Source of the DNA: Coleofasciculaceae cyanobacterium
GTDB lineage: Bacteria > Cyanobacteriota > Cyanobacteriia > Elainellales > Elainellaceae
Reading direction: 5' to 3'
Length of the DNA stretch: 35,402 bases
NCBI GenBank assembly: GCA_036703495.1
Contig: DATNOY010000067.1
Location: 1 to 35,402 of the forward strand
The notes beneath the pieces are model-generated. The model was given only the letters and a program-made list of their open reading frames with translations. It did no database searches and was not told the DNA's origin. How positions within the stretch are numbered: the stretch's first letter is position 1; each line of letters opens with the position of its first letter. The translations under genes were made by a program, and so were the position numbers. Of this stretch, positions 8,577-17,177 are shown in pieces.

Positions 8577-9092
8577 TTATCGAGGTAGTCCGACGCTCTT
8601 CAGGTTATTGGCAGTCCAATGGTCGTAGTAATGAGTTTTAGACAGCTGCTCGGAAGCCTGCTTGAGCTTCTGGATCGATTGGATCGCAATGTTGGGATAG
8701 GGCTCTTGGCGAGTACGGACATTGTGGATCTGAAAGGGATCCTCTGGATGCCCGCCAAAAGCAGTTAACTGCATTGGGGCTAGCTGTTGATCGAGTGCCT
8801 CAACAAACGTTTGGAGTTGAGCAAGGCTGATGCCGTCTCGGTCTGAATGGATAATCAGCATCACTTCAAAATGCTGTTGCGCTCTAAACTCTTCGATTGC
8901 CGTCATCAGCTCCGAAGCGGGAGCGAGGCAGCTCAAGTCAAAAGGGTAAACGTAAAATTGGATTAATTGCTGTAACCGGGCTCGCTGCACGTAAGGACAG
9001 ATCGGCAATCCTCCAAACACTGAATTAGGCTGTTCTAGCGTACTTTGTATGTACTTGATCATGGCTTCAAGTACGTGAGCTTCCGAATCCAT
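8577..9092 (-). CDS. Hypothetical protein (171 aa)
   Basis: Uninterrupted ORF with ordinary composition, convergent with the TPR gene. No family recognised. Confidence 0.55.
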   Translation of the reverse strand: MDSEAHVLEAMIKYIQSTLEQPNSVFGGLPICPYVQRARLQQLIQFYVYPFDLSCLAPASELMTAIEEFRAQQHFEVMLIIHSDRDGISLAQLQTFVEALDQQLAPMQLTAFGGHPEDPFQIHNVRTRQEPYPNIAIQSIQKLKQASEQLSKTHYYDHWTANNLKSVGLPR

Positions 9093-9298
9093 AAGTTGCT
9101 CTCCTCACAGTCAAATATAGGGAAGGCTAGGCCTAAGTTATTGGAGTTTAGACTAAATTTAAGATAACGCTATCAGTAGCGTTTAAACTGCAGAAAATTT
9201 CGTGATAAACGCTGCCCATAAGATTAATCTAAATTCCAGAAGTCAGCATCCCCCGATTGAGCAGGTGGCAGCCACTCGCAAGCTGCCATTACTGGCAA

Positions 9299-9328
9299 AT
9301 CAACTGGACAATCAACTGGACAATCAAG
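9299..9328. repeat. 12-bp tandem repeat ATCAACTGGACA x2.5 abutting or overlapping the stop codon of the 552-aa ORF
   Basis: 9299-9310 equals 9311-9322, with a partial copy at 9323-9328. The stop codon (TCA on the plus strand) is at 9324-9326. Confidence 0.9.
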
Positions 9329-10982
9329 CGATCAGCTCATCAAAATCGACCGGAGTTGCCAGACTCACATCGAACATGCGTTTCTCAAAGTCGCTCATGC
9401 TGGAGGTTTCTGCCGGATCGTACTTACCGTAGGTTTTGGATAGCTTGCCGGTTTGTGCCAGGACGTTACGAACTTCTTCATTTGTGATTTCGGAGAGGTT
9501 GCGGTTGTTCAGGAGGGCGATCGCAGCGGCAATCCCTACCCCTTGACCCACGGCCACATTGAACTCCACAATTCGACCGACTGCACTAGCGCTGCCCTCG
9601 AAGCCTGAAGCAGGGCTAATGACAGCCAAGTTAGGCACATTTTTGATTAAGGCATGGCGCATGCCCACATTCAGCAGCGGCGCTTTGAAAGCAAATTTCT
9701 TAACACCCACATTGGTAGCTCGTTGCCATAACCCCACAATGCCGCCCCGCGTATCAAACATGTAGCCAAAGGTTCCCAACGCCTGATTAGCCGATACGCC
9801 CCCTGCAATCATCTGTGCCCCACTCAGCGGCTCCACGGCACCCACAATGTTGCCAGCATGGCGGATGTAAAGTTCTGGGGCTACCTTAACTGAGGTTGCA
9901 CCTAGGCTCTTCAACCACTTCTCAATCCAGCCAAATTCCTTCAGCATCTCGGCAGTGGGCTTGGCTCCATTGCGGGCTAGCACTTCGGCTTGAGTCGCAT
10001 CGACAAAGAACAGCAGCGCATTCCAAAACAGGCGATTGCCGGGAAGAACTGCAATGTTGGGATTGTCTAAAATAGCTTTGCTTTCCGGTAGGTAGTGTTT
10101 TGTCCCCCGGAAGGAGTGATAGGCGATCGACAAGGCCCGGCTGTAGACATCAATGTAATCTGTGCCAATATCCAGGGTATTCAGCTGACCGTAGGCTCGG
10201 GTTAGCGAGTTACGCAGCATTTGAGCCAGCGAGGCATCGGAGCCAGCGGCAATGTTAAGCCACTGCTGTGCTTCGGCATCTGCAGGGTTATTCAAGCGTT
10301 TCAAATAGCTCAGCTCGATCGCCTGTAAGGTTTGTGGACTTAGCCCTTGAGTTTCAAAAACCAGGGTCACGGACAGCTCAGAGTTAGGTAGACCCAACGA
10401 GGCAAATCCTGGCAATTTTTTCACGCCGGCCCGTTGCGCGAGTTCAGCATTGACTGTGGAGTCGATGAACTGTTTGCCCAAAAAGGTTTCACCTCGGGAA
10501 AGCTGAAGCCCAGCAATTTTTTGACCGTCCTTCAGCACAGCATCAATTTTGGCATTGCTGAGAATATCCACTCCCGCTTCACTCATCATCTGACGCAGCG
10601 CCATGTTGGCATTGCCTGGATCAATGGCAACTTTGACGACGCCAGCTCGCTGCAAAAATTCTTTGTAAATCGCGGGCGGATCGCCAAAGTCCCCCAGATA
10701 CTCAGATTGACGGGTGGTAGGCGGAATACAGCTGCGATCGAGATAGGCTAACCGCCCCCGGACAATATGCCCCCCTATCCCGTCTTGAGCATTTCCTCTC
10801 AGCATGACGACGCTTTTGGGATAGCTGCCAATTCGGCGACGATATTCTCTAGCGGCCGAAATTAGCGCCAAAATCCCTGGTACTTCATCGCCAAAACCAA
10901 TGAAGTCATAGGAACGGGTAGAAGCGGCTACAGTCATATCCGGTTGAGACATAGTCAATGGAAGCAAACAGGATGTTCCCAT
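9324..10982 (-). CDS. FAD_oxidored-like (FAD-dependent oxidoreductase family) protein with a degenerate N-terminal dinucleotide-binding motif
   Basis: 552 aa. FIDSTVNAELAQRAGV and the C-terminal NLAVISPASG...GQGVGIAAAIAL resemble FAD-dependent oxidoreductases of the FAD_oxidored type. The N-terminus reads IGFGDEVPGILA instead of GxGxxG. The start could also be 10952 or 10937. Confidence 0.65.
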   Translation of the reverse strand: MGTSCLLPLTMSQPDMTVAASTRSYDFIGFGDEVPGILALISAAREYRRRIGSYPKSVVMLRGNAQDGIGGHIVRGRLAYLDRSCIPPTTRQSEYLGDFGDPPAIYKEFLQRAGVVKVAIDPGNANMALRQMMSEAGVDILSNAKIDAVLKDGQKIAGLQLSRGETFLGKQFIDSTVNAELAQRAGVKKLPGFASLGLPNSELSVTLVFETQGLSPQTLQAIELSYLKRLNNPADAEAQQWLNIAAGSDASLAQMLRNSLTRAYGQLNTLDIGTDYIDVYSRALSIAYHSFRGTKHYLPESKAILDNPNIAVLPGNRLFWNALLFFVDATQAEVLARNGAKPTAEMLKEFGWIEKWLKSLGATSVKVAPELYIRHAGNIVGAVEPLSGAQMIAGGVSANQALGTFGYMFDTRGGIVGLWQRATNVGVKKFAFKAPLLNVGMRHALIKNVPNLAVISPASGFEGSASAVGRIVEFNVAVGQGVGIAAAIALLNNRNLSEITNEEVRNVLAQTGKLSKTYGKYDPAETSSMSDFEKRMFDVSLATPVDFDELIA

Positions 10983-11030
10983 TACAGCCGATGTTGAGTC
11001 GTCTCGACCAGGTTTTGTGGTTTTGTGCCG

Positions 11031-13943
11031 TTATCCCGTGATTTCCTGAAACCAATCATCGCGGCTAAGTTCGCTAAAATTGGCGTCAGCCTTGGACTCT
11101 TTGCGATATTTGGGATTCAGATCAACGGCCTTCTGCAAGCTCTCCAATGCCAGATCAGCCTCGCCTTGCAGAGCATAGCAAGACGCTTTGTTGTAATAAG
11201 CACTGGCATAGTCAGGTTTTACTTTCAAGGCCCGGTTGAAGTTGGCGATCGCCTCTTTATCTCGCCCGAGCTGCAAGACCGCATAGCCTCGGCTATCCCA
11301 GGCTTTAGCCGAATCCGGTTTTAGCTCTGTGACTTTGTCAAAGGAGGCAACGGCATCTTCGTAGCGCTCCAGTTCCAGCAGCGACAGCCCGCGATTCAGC
11401 CAAGCTGTAGAGTTATCCGGATCTGTTTCGGTAGCTTTGTCAAAGGCAGCAAAGGCTTCTTCGGGGCGCTGCATAGTGCCCAAAATCACGCCCCGATTCA
11501 CCCAGGCTTCATGGTAATCCGGTTTCAGCTCAAGCGCTTTGTCAAAGGAGGCGATCGCTGCTTCAGGTTGCTTCAGTCGTCCGAGCGTGAGTCCCCGATT
11601 CAGCCAGGCCTTATAGTCGGCAGGCTGCAACTGCACCGCTTGATCAAAAGCGGCCAGGGCAGCATCGTATTGCTTCAGCTCTTTGAGCACAAGCCCCTGC
11701 TGATACCAGGCGATCGCATAGTCAGGCTGGAGCTTGAGCACCCGATCGAACGCCATCAGCGCTTCTTCGCTACGCTTTAGTTCCTCCAATGCCATGCCGC
11801 GATGTAGCCAGAGTTGGATATTGTCGGGTTGAGCCGCGATCGCTTTGTCATAGGCAACAAGAGATGCTTCATAGCGTTCGCTGGCAAATAGCGTTTCGGC
11901 TTGCTGGATGTAGTCTTCGGAAGTGTAAAACAGCTCTGGCTGGCTGGCTTTCAGGGTATCCAGCTGCTGGGAGAGATCATCCAGGCGCTGCTGGGTGGCG
12001 GCAATGAAGGAATCAGCAACAAATTGTGGCGTGACAGTCGCCAAGCGCTGCATAATCTGATCTTTCTCGGCTTGAGCTTCCGACTGGAGGGCTTTGAGCT
12101 GCGCCGCCACATCGGACTCTAGCTTTTGCAGATTCTGAATCGTAGCTTCGCGCTGCTGGGTGGCTCCAGTTTGCAGGTCGGTGAGCTGGTCGGCAAAGCG
12201 TCCTTCCAGCCGTTCCAAATTTTGCCGCATCTTGTCGCGCTGGGTCTGCACATCTCCTTTAAGAGCCGTCAGCTGCGCCACTAGATCTGCCTCAGTTTTT
12301 TCTAGACTTCGGAGCACTGCGTCTCGACGTTCTTTGCCGCTGAGCTGAAGTTCGGTGAGCTGGGCAGTAAATTCTTCCTGCAGTTGAGTAATTACCTGAC
12401 GCAGCTCTGCTTGGTGAGCTTGAGCATTCACCTGCAAATTGGATTGCTGTCCGGCAACTTCGGCTTCTAGGCGATCGAGGGCCTGTTGCAGTTCGGCTTG
12501 TTTGTTTTGCGCTTCAGCTTGCAGGCGCGATCGCTGCGCTGCCATTTCTGTCTCTAGCTGGGCCATCACCCGATCGAGATCGGCTTTTTTGGCTTGGGCA
12601 GCAGCCTGCAAGTCTGTCTGCTGAGCAGCAAATGCAGCGTCTAGCTGGAGCATATTTTGGCGCAAGGCTTCTCGCTGGGTTTGGATATCCGCCTGCAATT
12701 CTGCGAGTCGCGCCTTGAATTCAACGCTCATTTGCTGAATATTTTGGCGAATATCGGCTTTTTGACGCTCGGTGTCGGCTTGTAGCTCCGATCGCTGTCC
12801 GGTAAATTCATCGCCCAACCGCCGCAGGTTCTGGCGCATCTCGTCGCGCTGGGCTTGAGTTTCTAGCTGGAGCTGCGATCGCTGAGTGGCAACTTCGGCT
12901 TTCAGCTGCTCCAGTCCTTGCCGTAAGGACTCTCGCTGCGTTTGGGTCTCCGTCTGAAGCTGAGACAGTTGCCCCATGAGATCGGCTCTGAGGCTATCCA
13001 GGCTGGCAAAAATCTGATCGCGCCGTCCAGAAGCATCGATCTGGATGGCCACTAGCTGTCCGGCAAAGTCAGCTTCTAGTTGACGCAGCTGGTTCAGCGT
13101 GGTGTCTTTACTCTGCTGCGTTTCGGCTTGGGCCGCCTGCCGTAGGTGATCCAGGTAAGGCGTCAACTCGGACTGGAGTTGCCCTAGTCGATCATAGGTC
13201 AGCCCCTGCTGCTGCTGCGCGTCAGCTTGGAGAGCAGACAGGCGATCGGCAAACTCTTGACCAGATTGAGCAAAGGTTTGCAGAGCTGCATCTTTTTGCG
13301 ATTGAGCGACTCCCTGAAGCTCCGAGAGTTGGGCAGCGAACCCAGACTGTAATTCATCGAGCTTTTGCTGGGCGACAGCCAGTTGGTTGGCTAGGGCAGT
13401 GGCCGTATCCTGCTGGCGTTGCGAAATTTCGGCAATTAGCTGAGACAGGATGTCCCGCTTTTGCTCAATCTCTTGCTCAAAGGATTCAGCATCCTTGCCC
13501 AGATCATCGGCATAGTTTTCGTAGTCTTGCAGCAGCTTTCGGACTTCTTGCTTGGCAGCACCAATCTGTCCTTCTAAATCGCCTAACTCTTTTAGGTGAG
13601 CCTGCACGATCGCCGTGACTTCCCGGATTACCGATCGCCGCAATAGATAGAGTCCAATGATGGCTGCCGCCAACAGCATCGCCAGCACTGCCAGCATGAC
13701 GTTAAATAGCGTGGTTGTGCGGCTGAGTCCGCGCAACTGCTCTAGCTCTTGCCGTTCGGTATTAGAAAGAGATTGAGCCAAAATCGGCGGCCCTGCGTTC
13801 AGGTGAGTCTGGGCCACCGTCAACGGCTGAGCCGTAGCTGGGCCAGCAGACAATATGCCGATAGACCATAGGAAAATTGGGAGAACCGCGCTATGCCGCG
13901 ACATCCCTGTGAAGATCTGTGGATTCTGGCGCTTCATCCCCAT
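11031..13943 (-). CDS. Membrane-anchored repeat protein: signal-like N-terminus, one TM helix, ~14 copies of a 29-residue Q/L/E/R-rich helical repeat, then 8 TPR repeats
   Basis: 970 aa. A hydrophobic N-terminus ends in PATAQP. A TM helix (TTLFNVMLAVLAMLLAAAIIGLYLL) is followed by RR. Ten phase-perfect 29-aa units span aa 329-618 (nt 12090-12959), with more degenerate units from aa ~209 (nt up to 13319). Eight 34-aa TPRs span aa 678-949 (nt 11097-11912). Confidence 0.85.
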   Translation of the reverse strand: MGMKRQNPQIFTGMSRHSAVLPIFLWSIGILSAGPATAQPLTVAQTHLNAGPPILAQSLSNTERQELEQLRGLSRTTTLFNVMLAVLAMLLAAAIIGLYLLRRSVIREVTAIVQAHLKELGDLEGQIGAAKQEVRKLLQDYENYADDLGKDAESFEQEIEQKRDILSQLIAEISQRQQDTATALANQLAVAQQKLDELQSGFAAQLSELQGVAQSQKDAALQTFAQSGQEFADRLSALQADAQQQQGLTYDRLGQLQSELTPYLDHLRQAAQAETQQSKDTTLNQLRQLEADFAGQLVAIQIDASGRRDQIFASLDSLRADLMGQLSQLQTETQTQRESLRQGLEQLKAEVATQRSQLQLETQAQRDEMRQNLRRLGDEFTGQRSELQADTERQKADIRQNIQQMSVEFKARLAELQADIQTQREALRQNMLQLDAAFAAQQTDLQAAAQAKKADLDRVMAQLETEMAAQRSRLQAEAQNKQAELQQALDRLEAEVAGQQSNLQVNAQAHQAELRQVITQLQEEFTAQLTELQLSGKERRDAVLRSLEKTEADLVAQLTALKGDVQTQRDKMRQNLERLEGRFADQLTDLQTGATQQREATIQNLQKLESDVAAQLKALQSEAQAEKDQIMQRLATVTPQFVADSFIAATQQRLDDLSQQLDTLKASQPELFYTSEDYIQQAETLFASERYEASLVAYDKAIAAQPDNIQLWLHRGMALEELKRSEEALMAFDRVLKLQPDYAIAWYQQGLVLKELKQYDAALAAFDQAVQLQPADYKAWLNRGLTLGRLKQPEAAIASFDKALELKPDYHEAWVNRGVILGTMQRPEEAFAAFDKATETDPDNSTAWLNRGLSLLELERYEDAVASFDKVTELKPDSAKAWDSRGYAVLQLGRDKEAIANFNRALKVKPDYASAYYNKASCYALQGEADLALESLQKAVDLNPKYRKESKADANFSELSRDDWFQEITG

Positions 13944-14225
13944 CCCCCTGTCTGGTCAGGCTGTTTTGTTAGTTGCTCTTTATTATTGTCGGTCATTATC
14001 CCAAACGGTCACGATGTCTCACAAGAAGTCAAGGGAACGCGATCGCCCATGATTTACCCATTGTTTCTAAGCGTAGTCAAAAATCCGTCGAATGTCTGAT
14101 GTGAACCTGCAAAGCATTTGTTTGGTAAATCCGTCCAAGTAGCGGCTGACCTCGTAAACTGGTAAATGTAAATTGAGGTGAGCTTTTGTAAAGCCCCTCA
14201 CTCTTAACCCAACCGACGATCTAGC

Positions 14226-15227
14226 ATGACCGTACAGATGAGCGATCTGGAAGCCCAACTGACCTCCCTCCAACAAGAAGCACAACAGGCGATCGGAGTA
14301 ACCACTACCTTAGAGCAGCTTGAGCAGCTGCGGATTAAATATCTAGGCAAAAAGGGGAGCCTGTCTCAGGTGTTGGGCGGTATGGGCAAGCTGGATGCCA
14401 CCGAGCGACCGCGGATTGGGGCGATCGCCAATGAAGTCAAAGAGGCAGTGCAAGCTGATTTGGATCAGAAGAAAGCGGCACTGCAAGCAGCCCAGATTGA
14501 AGCTCAGCTGCAAGCCGAGGCGATCGATGTGACAATGCCAGGCGTTTCTCGGCCTCAAGGTCACGCCCATCCCTTGACCAGCACGATCGACAAAGCACTA
14601 GACATTTTTGTGGGGTTAGGCTACACGGTCGCGCAAGGGCCAGAAATGGAGACGGACTACTACAACTTTGAAGCGCTGAATACGCCAGCCGACCATCCGG
14701 CTCGCGACATGCAGGACACCTTCTATCTCCCAGATGGCAACCTACTGCGGACGCACACCTCCTCTGTGCAAATTCGCTATATGGAAAACCATGAGCCTCC
14801 TATCCGCATTGCAGCACCAGGACGCTGCTACCGTCGCGATACGGTTGATGCCACCCATGCGGCCGTATTTCACCAAATTGAAATTTTGGCAGTGGACGAA
14901 GGGCTGACCTTTACTGATTTGCGCGGCACGATCAAGGTTTTCCTGGAATCGATGTTCGGCGAGATCGAAATTCGCTTTCGTCCCAGCTTTTTCCCGTTCA
15001 CCGAACCCTCTGCCGAAGTGGATGTTATGTGGCGCGGGCGCTGGCTGGAGGTGCTGGGCTGCGGCATGGTTGATCCAAATGTGCTGAAGGCAGTTGGCTA
15101 TGACCCAGAAATCTATACCGGGTTTGCTGCCGGATTTGGCGTCGAGCGGTTTGCCATGGTGCTGCATCAAATGGACGATATCCGCCGTCTCTATGCCAGC
15201 GATTTGCGCTTCTTGAAGCAGTTTTAG
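14226..15227 (+). CDS. pheS: Phenylalanine--tRNA ligase alpha subunit
   Basis: 333 aa. It has an N-terminal coiled region and class II aaRS motifs ([58 protein letters not shown]). Confidence 0.95.
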   Translation: MTVQMSDLEAQLTSLQQEAQQAIGVTTTLEQLEQLRIKYLGKKGSLSQVLGGMGKLDATERPRIGAIANEVKEAVQADLDQKKAALQAAQIEAQLQAEAIDVTMPGVSRPQGHAHPLTSTIDKALDIFVGLGYTVAQGPEMETDYYNFEALNTPADHPARDMQDTFYLPDGNLLRTHTSSVQIRYMENHEPPIRIAAPGRCYRRDTVDATHAAVFHQIEILAVDEGLTFTDLRGTIKVFLESMFGEIEIRFRPSFFPFTEPSAEVDVMWRGRWLEVLGCGMVDPNVLKAVGYDPEIYTGFAAGFGVERFAMVLHQMDDIRRLYASDLRFLKQF

Positions 15228-15251
15228 AGAAGGCGATCGCCCAGAGAAGTT

Positions 15252-15281
15252 TCATCCATTGTGCTTTTCATCCATTGTGCT
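15252..15281. repeat. Tandem duplication TCATCCATTGTGCT x2 (16-bp period) directly abutting the MITE-like element
   Basis: 15252-15265 equals 15268-15281. Confidence 0.9.
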
Positions 15282-15396
15282 ATGGCAGTCCTTAATCAGT
15301 CCTGAGAAAACCATAAGGGGGTTGGGGACTCGGTCACCTAGGAGAGGACACTGTCCCCTCCACCCCTTTCTCACAAATGATTTGGGATTGCTATAG
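15280..15396. mobile_element. MITE-like non-autonomous element, copy 1 (~117 bp, terminal inverted repeats, internal G/C-rich hairpin potential)
   Basis: It starts with CTATGGCAGTCC and ends with GGGATTGCTATAG. The first ~50 nt are ~80% identical to copy 2, and the last ~18 nt are also shared. Confidence 0.55.
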
Positions 15397-15483
15397 ACCT
15401 GCGCAAACTCAAGACTTTCAGGATCTTGAATAATGGGCTTTGCATCGTATGTGCTGAGCTGACTTTTTGCTAGATTCTCAAGA

Positions 15484-15593
15484 TATCGCAGTCCTCAATT
15501 AGTCCTGAGAAACCCCACAAGGGGTTTGGAGACTGTGTCCCTCAGGTGGGGGCATGCCCCCTGCCGCTCCCAGCGGACTTGGGACTGCCATAG
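15484..15593. mobile_element. MITE-like non-autonomous element, copy 2 (~110 bp)
   Basis: It starts with TATCGCAGTCC and ends with GGGACTGCCATAG. The 3' end is the exact reverse complement of the 5' end of copy 1 (CTATGGCAGTCC). It shares the AGTCCTGAGAAA...AAGGGG.TTGG.GACT core. Confidence 0.55.
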
Positions 15594-15704
15594 AGCAATT
15601 TCAGTTGATTAAGGAAACGATTTCGATCGCCATAGAGCAATTGCTGAGATAATGCTTAGCAATCGGTTTAACACGTTGTTTTTCCTTATTTCAGGTCTTT
15701 CAAG

Positions 15705-16928
15705 ATGTTTAGAAGAAGATTCATTAGCCAAATTTTGGCTGCGTTATTTACCTTTTCCTTAGTGGTTGCCTGTACACAGCCTAATGCTGCCAATAATCCT
15801 AGCCCTTCAAGTTCTGCAGCTGCGGGTAACAGCGCGGCTATCCCCATTGGAATTGCCGTAGCCCAGACCAGCAACGTCTCTCTATTAGGGCAAGAAGAGG
15901 TGATCGGGGCCAAAATTGCTGAGCAAATTTTTAATCAAAAAGGTGGCGTCAATGGCACCCCCATCAAGCTGATCTTTCAGGACACGGCTGGCGATGAGCA
16001 AGGGGCAATTAATGCCTTTAATACACTGATCACGCAAGACAAAGTCGTGGGAATTGTTGGCCCAACGCTTTCGCAACAGGCATTTGCCGCTGATCCGGTA
16101 GCTGAACGAGCCAAAGTTCCAGTTCTCGCGCCTTCCAATACTGCCAAAGGCATTCCCCAAATTGGCGATTATATTGCGCGAGTTTCCGCTCCGGTTTCAG
16201 TTGTTGCACCCAATGCGGTAGAAGCGGCGCTTAAGGCAAATCCAAATATTAAAAATGTGGCGGTTTTCTTCGCCCAAAATGATGCCTTCAGCAAATCAGA
16301 AACAGGCACTTTTCAAAAAACGGTTCAAGATAAAGGGCTGAATTTAGTCACCGTTCAAAAATTTCAAACAACCGATACCGATTTTCAGACTCAGGCAACC
16401 AATGCCATGAATCTCAAGCCTGATTTAGTCATCATTTCTGGCTTGGCGGCAGATGGCGGTAATCTGGTCAAGCAGCTTCGAGATTTAGGATACAAAGGCG
16501 TCATTATTGGCGGTAACGGACTCAACACTTCTAACATTCTGCCCGTCTGCAAAAAAGCCTGTGATGGAGTTTTAATTGCTCAAGCCTACAGCCCCGAACA
16601 TCCGGGTGAGCTTAACAAAACTTTCCGGGATGCCTACAAAGCTCAGAATAAGAAAGAACCGCCTCAATTTAGTGCCCAAGCTTTTACAGGCGTTCAAGTT
16701 TTTGTAGAAGCGCTAACTGCTTTAGACAAAAAAACTAAGCTCAATACCTTATCTCTAGAACAACTTCGCACAGAGCTAAACAAGCAAATCTTATCGGCTA
16801 AATATGACACACCTTTAGGTGAGATTTCTTTTGATCCAGAAGGAGAAATTAAGCAAAGCCAATTCTATGTGGCGCAAATCAAGATGGATGCTGATGGAAA
16901 TAATGGCAAGTTTGAGTTCTTGAAATAG
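15705..16928 (+). CDS. ABC transporter substrate-binding lipoprotein, LivJ/LivK (branched-chain/neutral amino acid) family
   Basis: 407 aa with a lipobox (LVVAC). The type-I periplasmic binding fold signature (IGIAVAQTS...LLGQE, VVGIVGP, PVLAPSNTA) is typical of Leu/Ile/Val-binding protein family members. Confidence 0.88.
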   Translation: MFRRRFISQILAALFTFSLVVACTQPNAANNPSPSSSAAAGNSAAIPIGIAVAQTSNVSLLGQEEVIGAKIAEQIFNQKGGVNGTPIKLIFQDTAGDEQGAINAFNTLITQDKVVGIVGPTLSQQAFAADPVAERAKVPVLAPSNTAKGIPQIGDYIARVSAPVSVVAPNAVEAALKANPNIKNVAVFFAQNDAFSKSETGTFQKTVQDKGLNLVTVQKFQTTDTDFQTQATNAMNLKPDLVIISGLAADGGNLVKQLRDLGYKGVIIGGNGLNTSNILPVCKKACDGVLIAQAYSPEHPGELNKTFRDAYKAQNKKEPPQFSAQAFTGVQVFVEALTALDKKTKLNTLSLEQLRTELNKQILSAKYDTPLGEISFDPEGEIKQSQFYVAQIKMDADGNNGKFEFLK

Positions 16929-16938
16929 CCTACCTACA

Positions 16939-17037
16939 GGCGAATGGCACTGACTGAAAAACAGTGGACACAGCCCACCCTGCGGATGATCCAGGATTTT
17001 CAGCCGTAAGCAAGAGCTAATTTCAGTGCCATTCGCC
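16939..17037. repeat. 15-bp perfect inverted repeats enclosing 69 bp (with a nested 7-bp stem), between the binding-protein and permease genes
   Basis: GGCGAATGGCACTGA (16939-16953) is the reverse complement of TCAGTGCCATTCGCC (17023-17037). Nested CTGAAAA / TTTTCAG pair inside. Confidence 0.6.
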
Positions 17038-17073
17038 CAGAGGCTAATAACTTATGCAGTTCAGCCTAAAATA

Positions 17074-17105
17074 CGATAGATGCAGGGTTAACCCTGCATC
17101 TATCG
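17074..17105. terminator. Perfect 32-nt palindromic hairpin, a possible intra-operon attenuator or RNA-stabilising stem-loop. Member of hairpin family 2.
   Basis: CGATAGATGCAGGGTT (17074-17089) is the exact reverse complement of 17090-17105. No T tract follows. Confidence 0.45.
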
Positions 17106-17177
17106 AAGAGAGAAATTAGGCTTATATTTAGACTGGAATATTGTGCTTATATTGCTATTTGTCCTTCCGTTTTAAGC

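Noticed and set aside
11025-12624. Series of plus-strand ORFs (61-99 aa) opposite the 970-aa repeat/TPR gene
   Set aside because: They are a by-product of the periodic, GC-biased repeat-coding DNA on the minus strand. They are Cys/Arg/Ser-rich, lack start contexts, and the minus-strand frame is continuous for 970 codons.
13944-14225. Possible T-box or attenuator leader upstream of pheS
   Set aside because: There is no specifier-loop or T-box consensus and no Phe-rich leader peptide. Only weak 5-bp stems are present.
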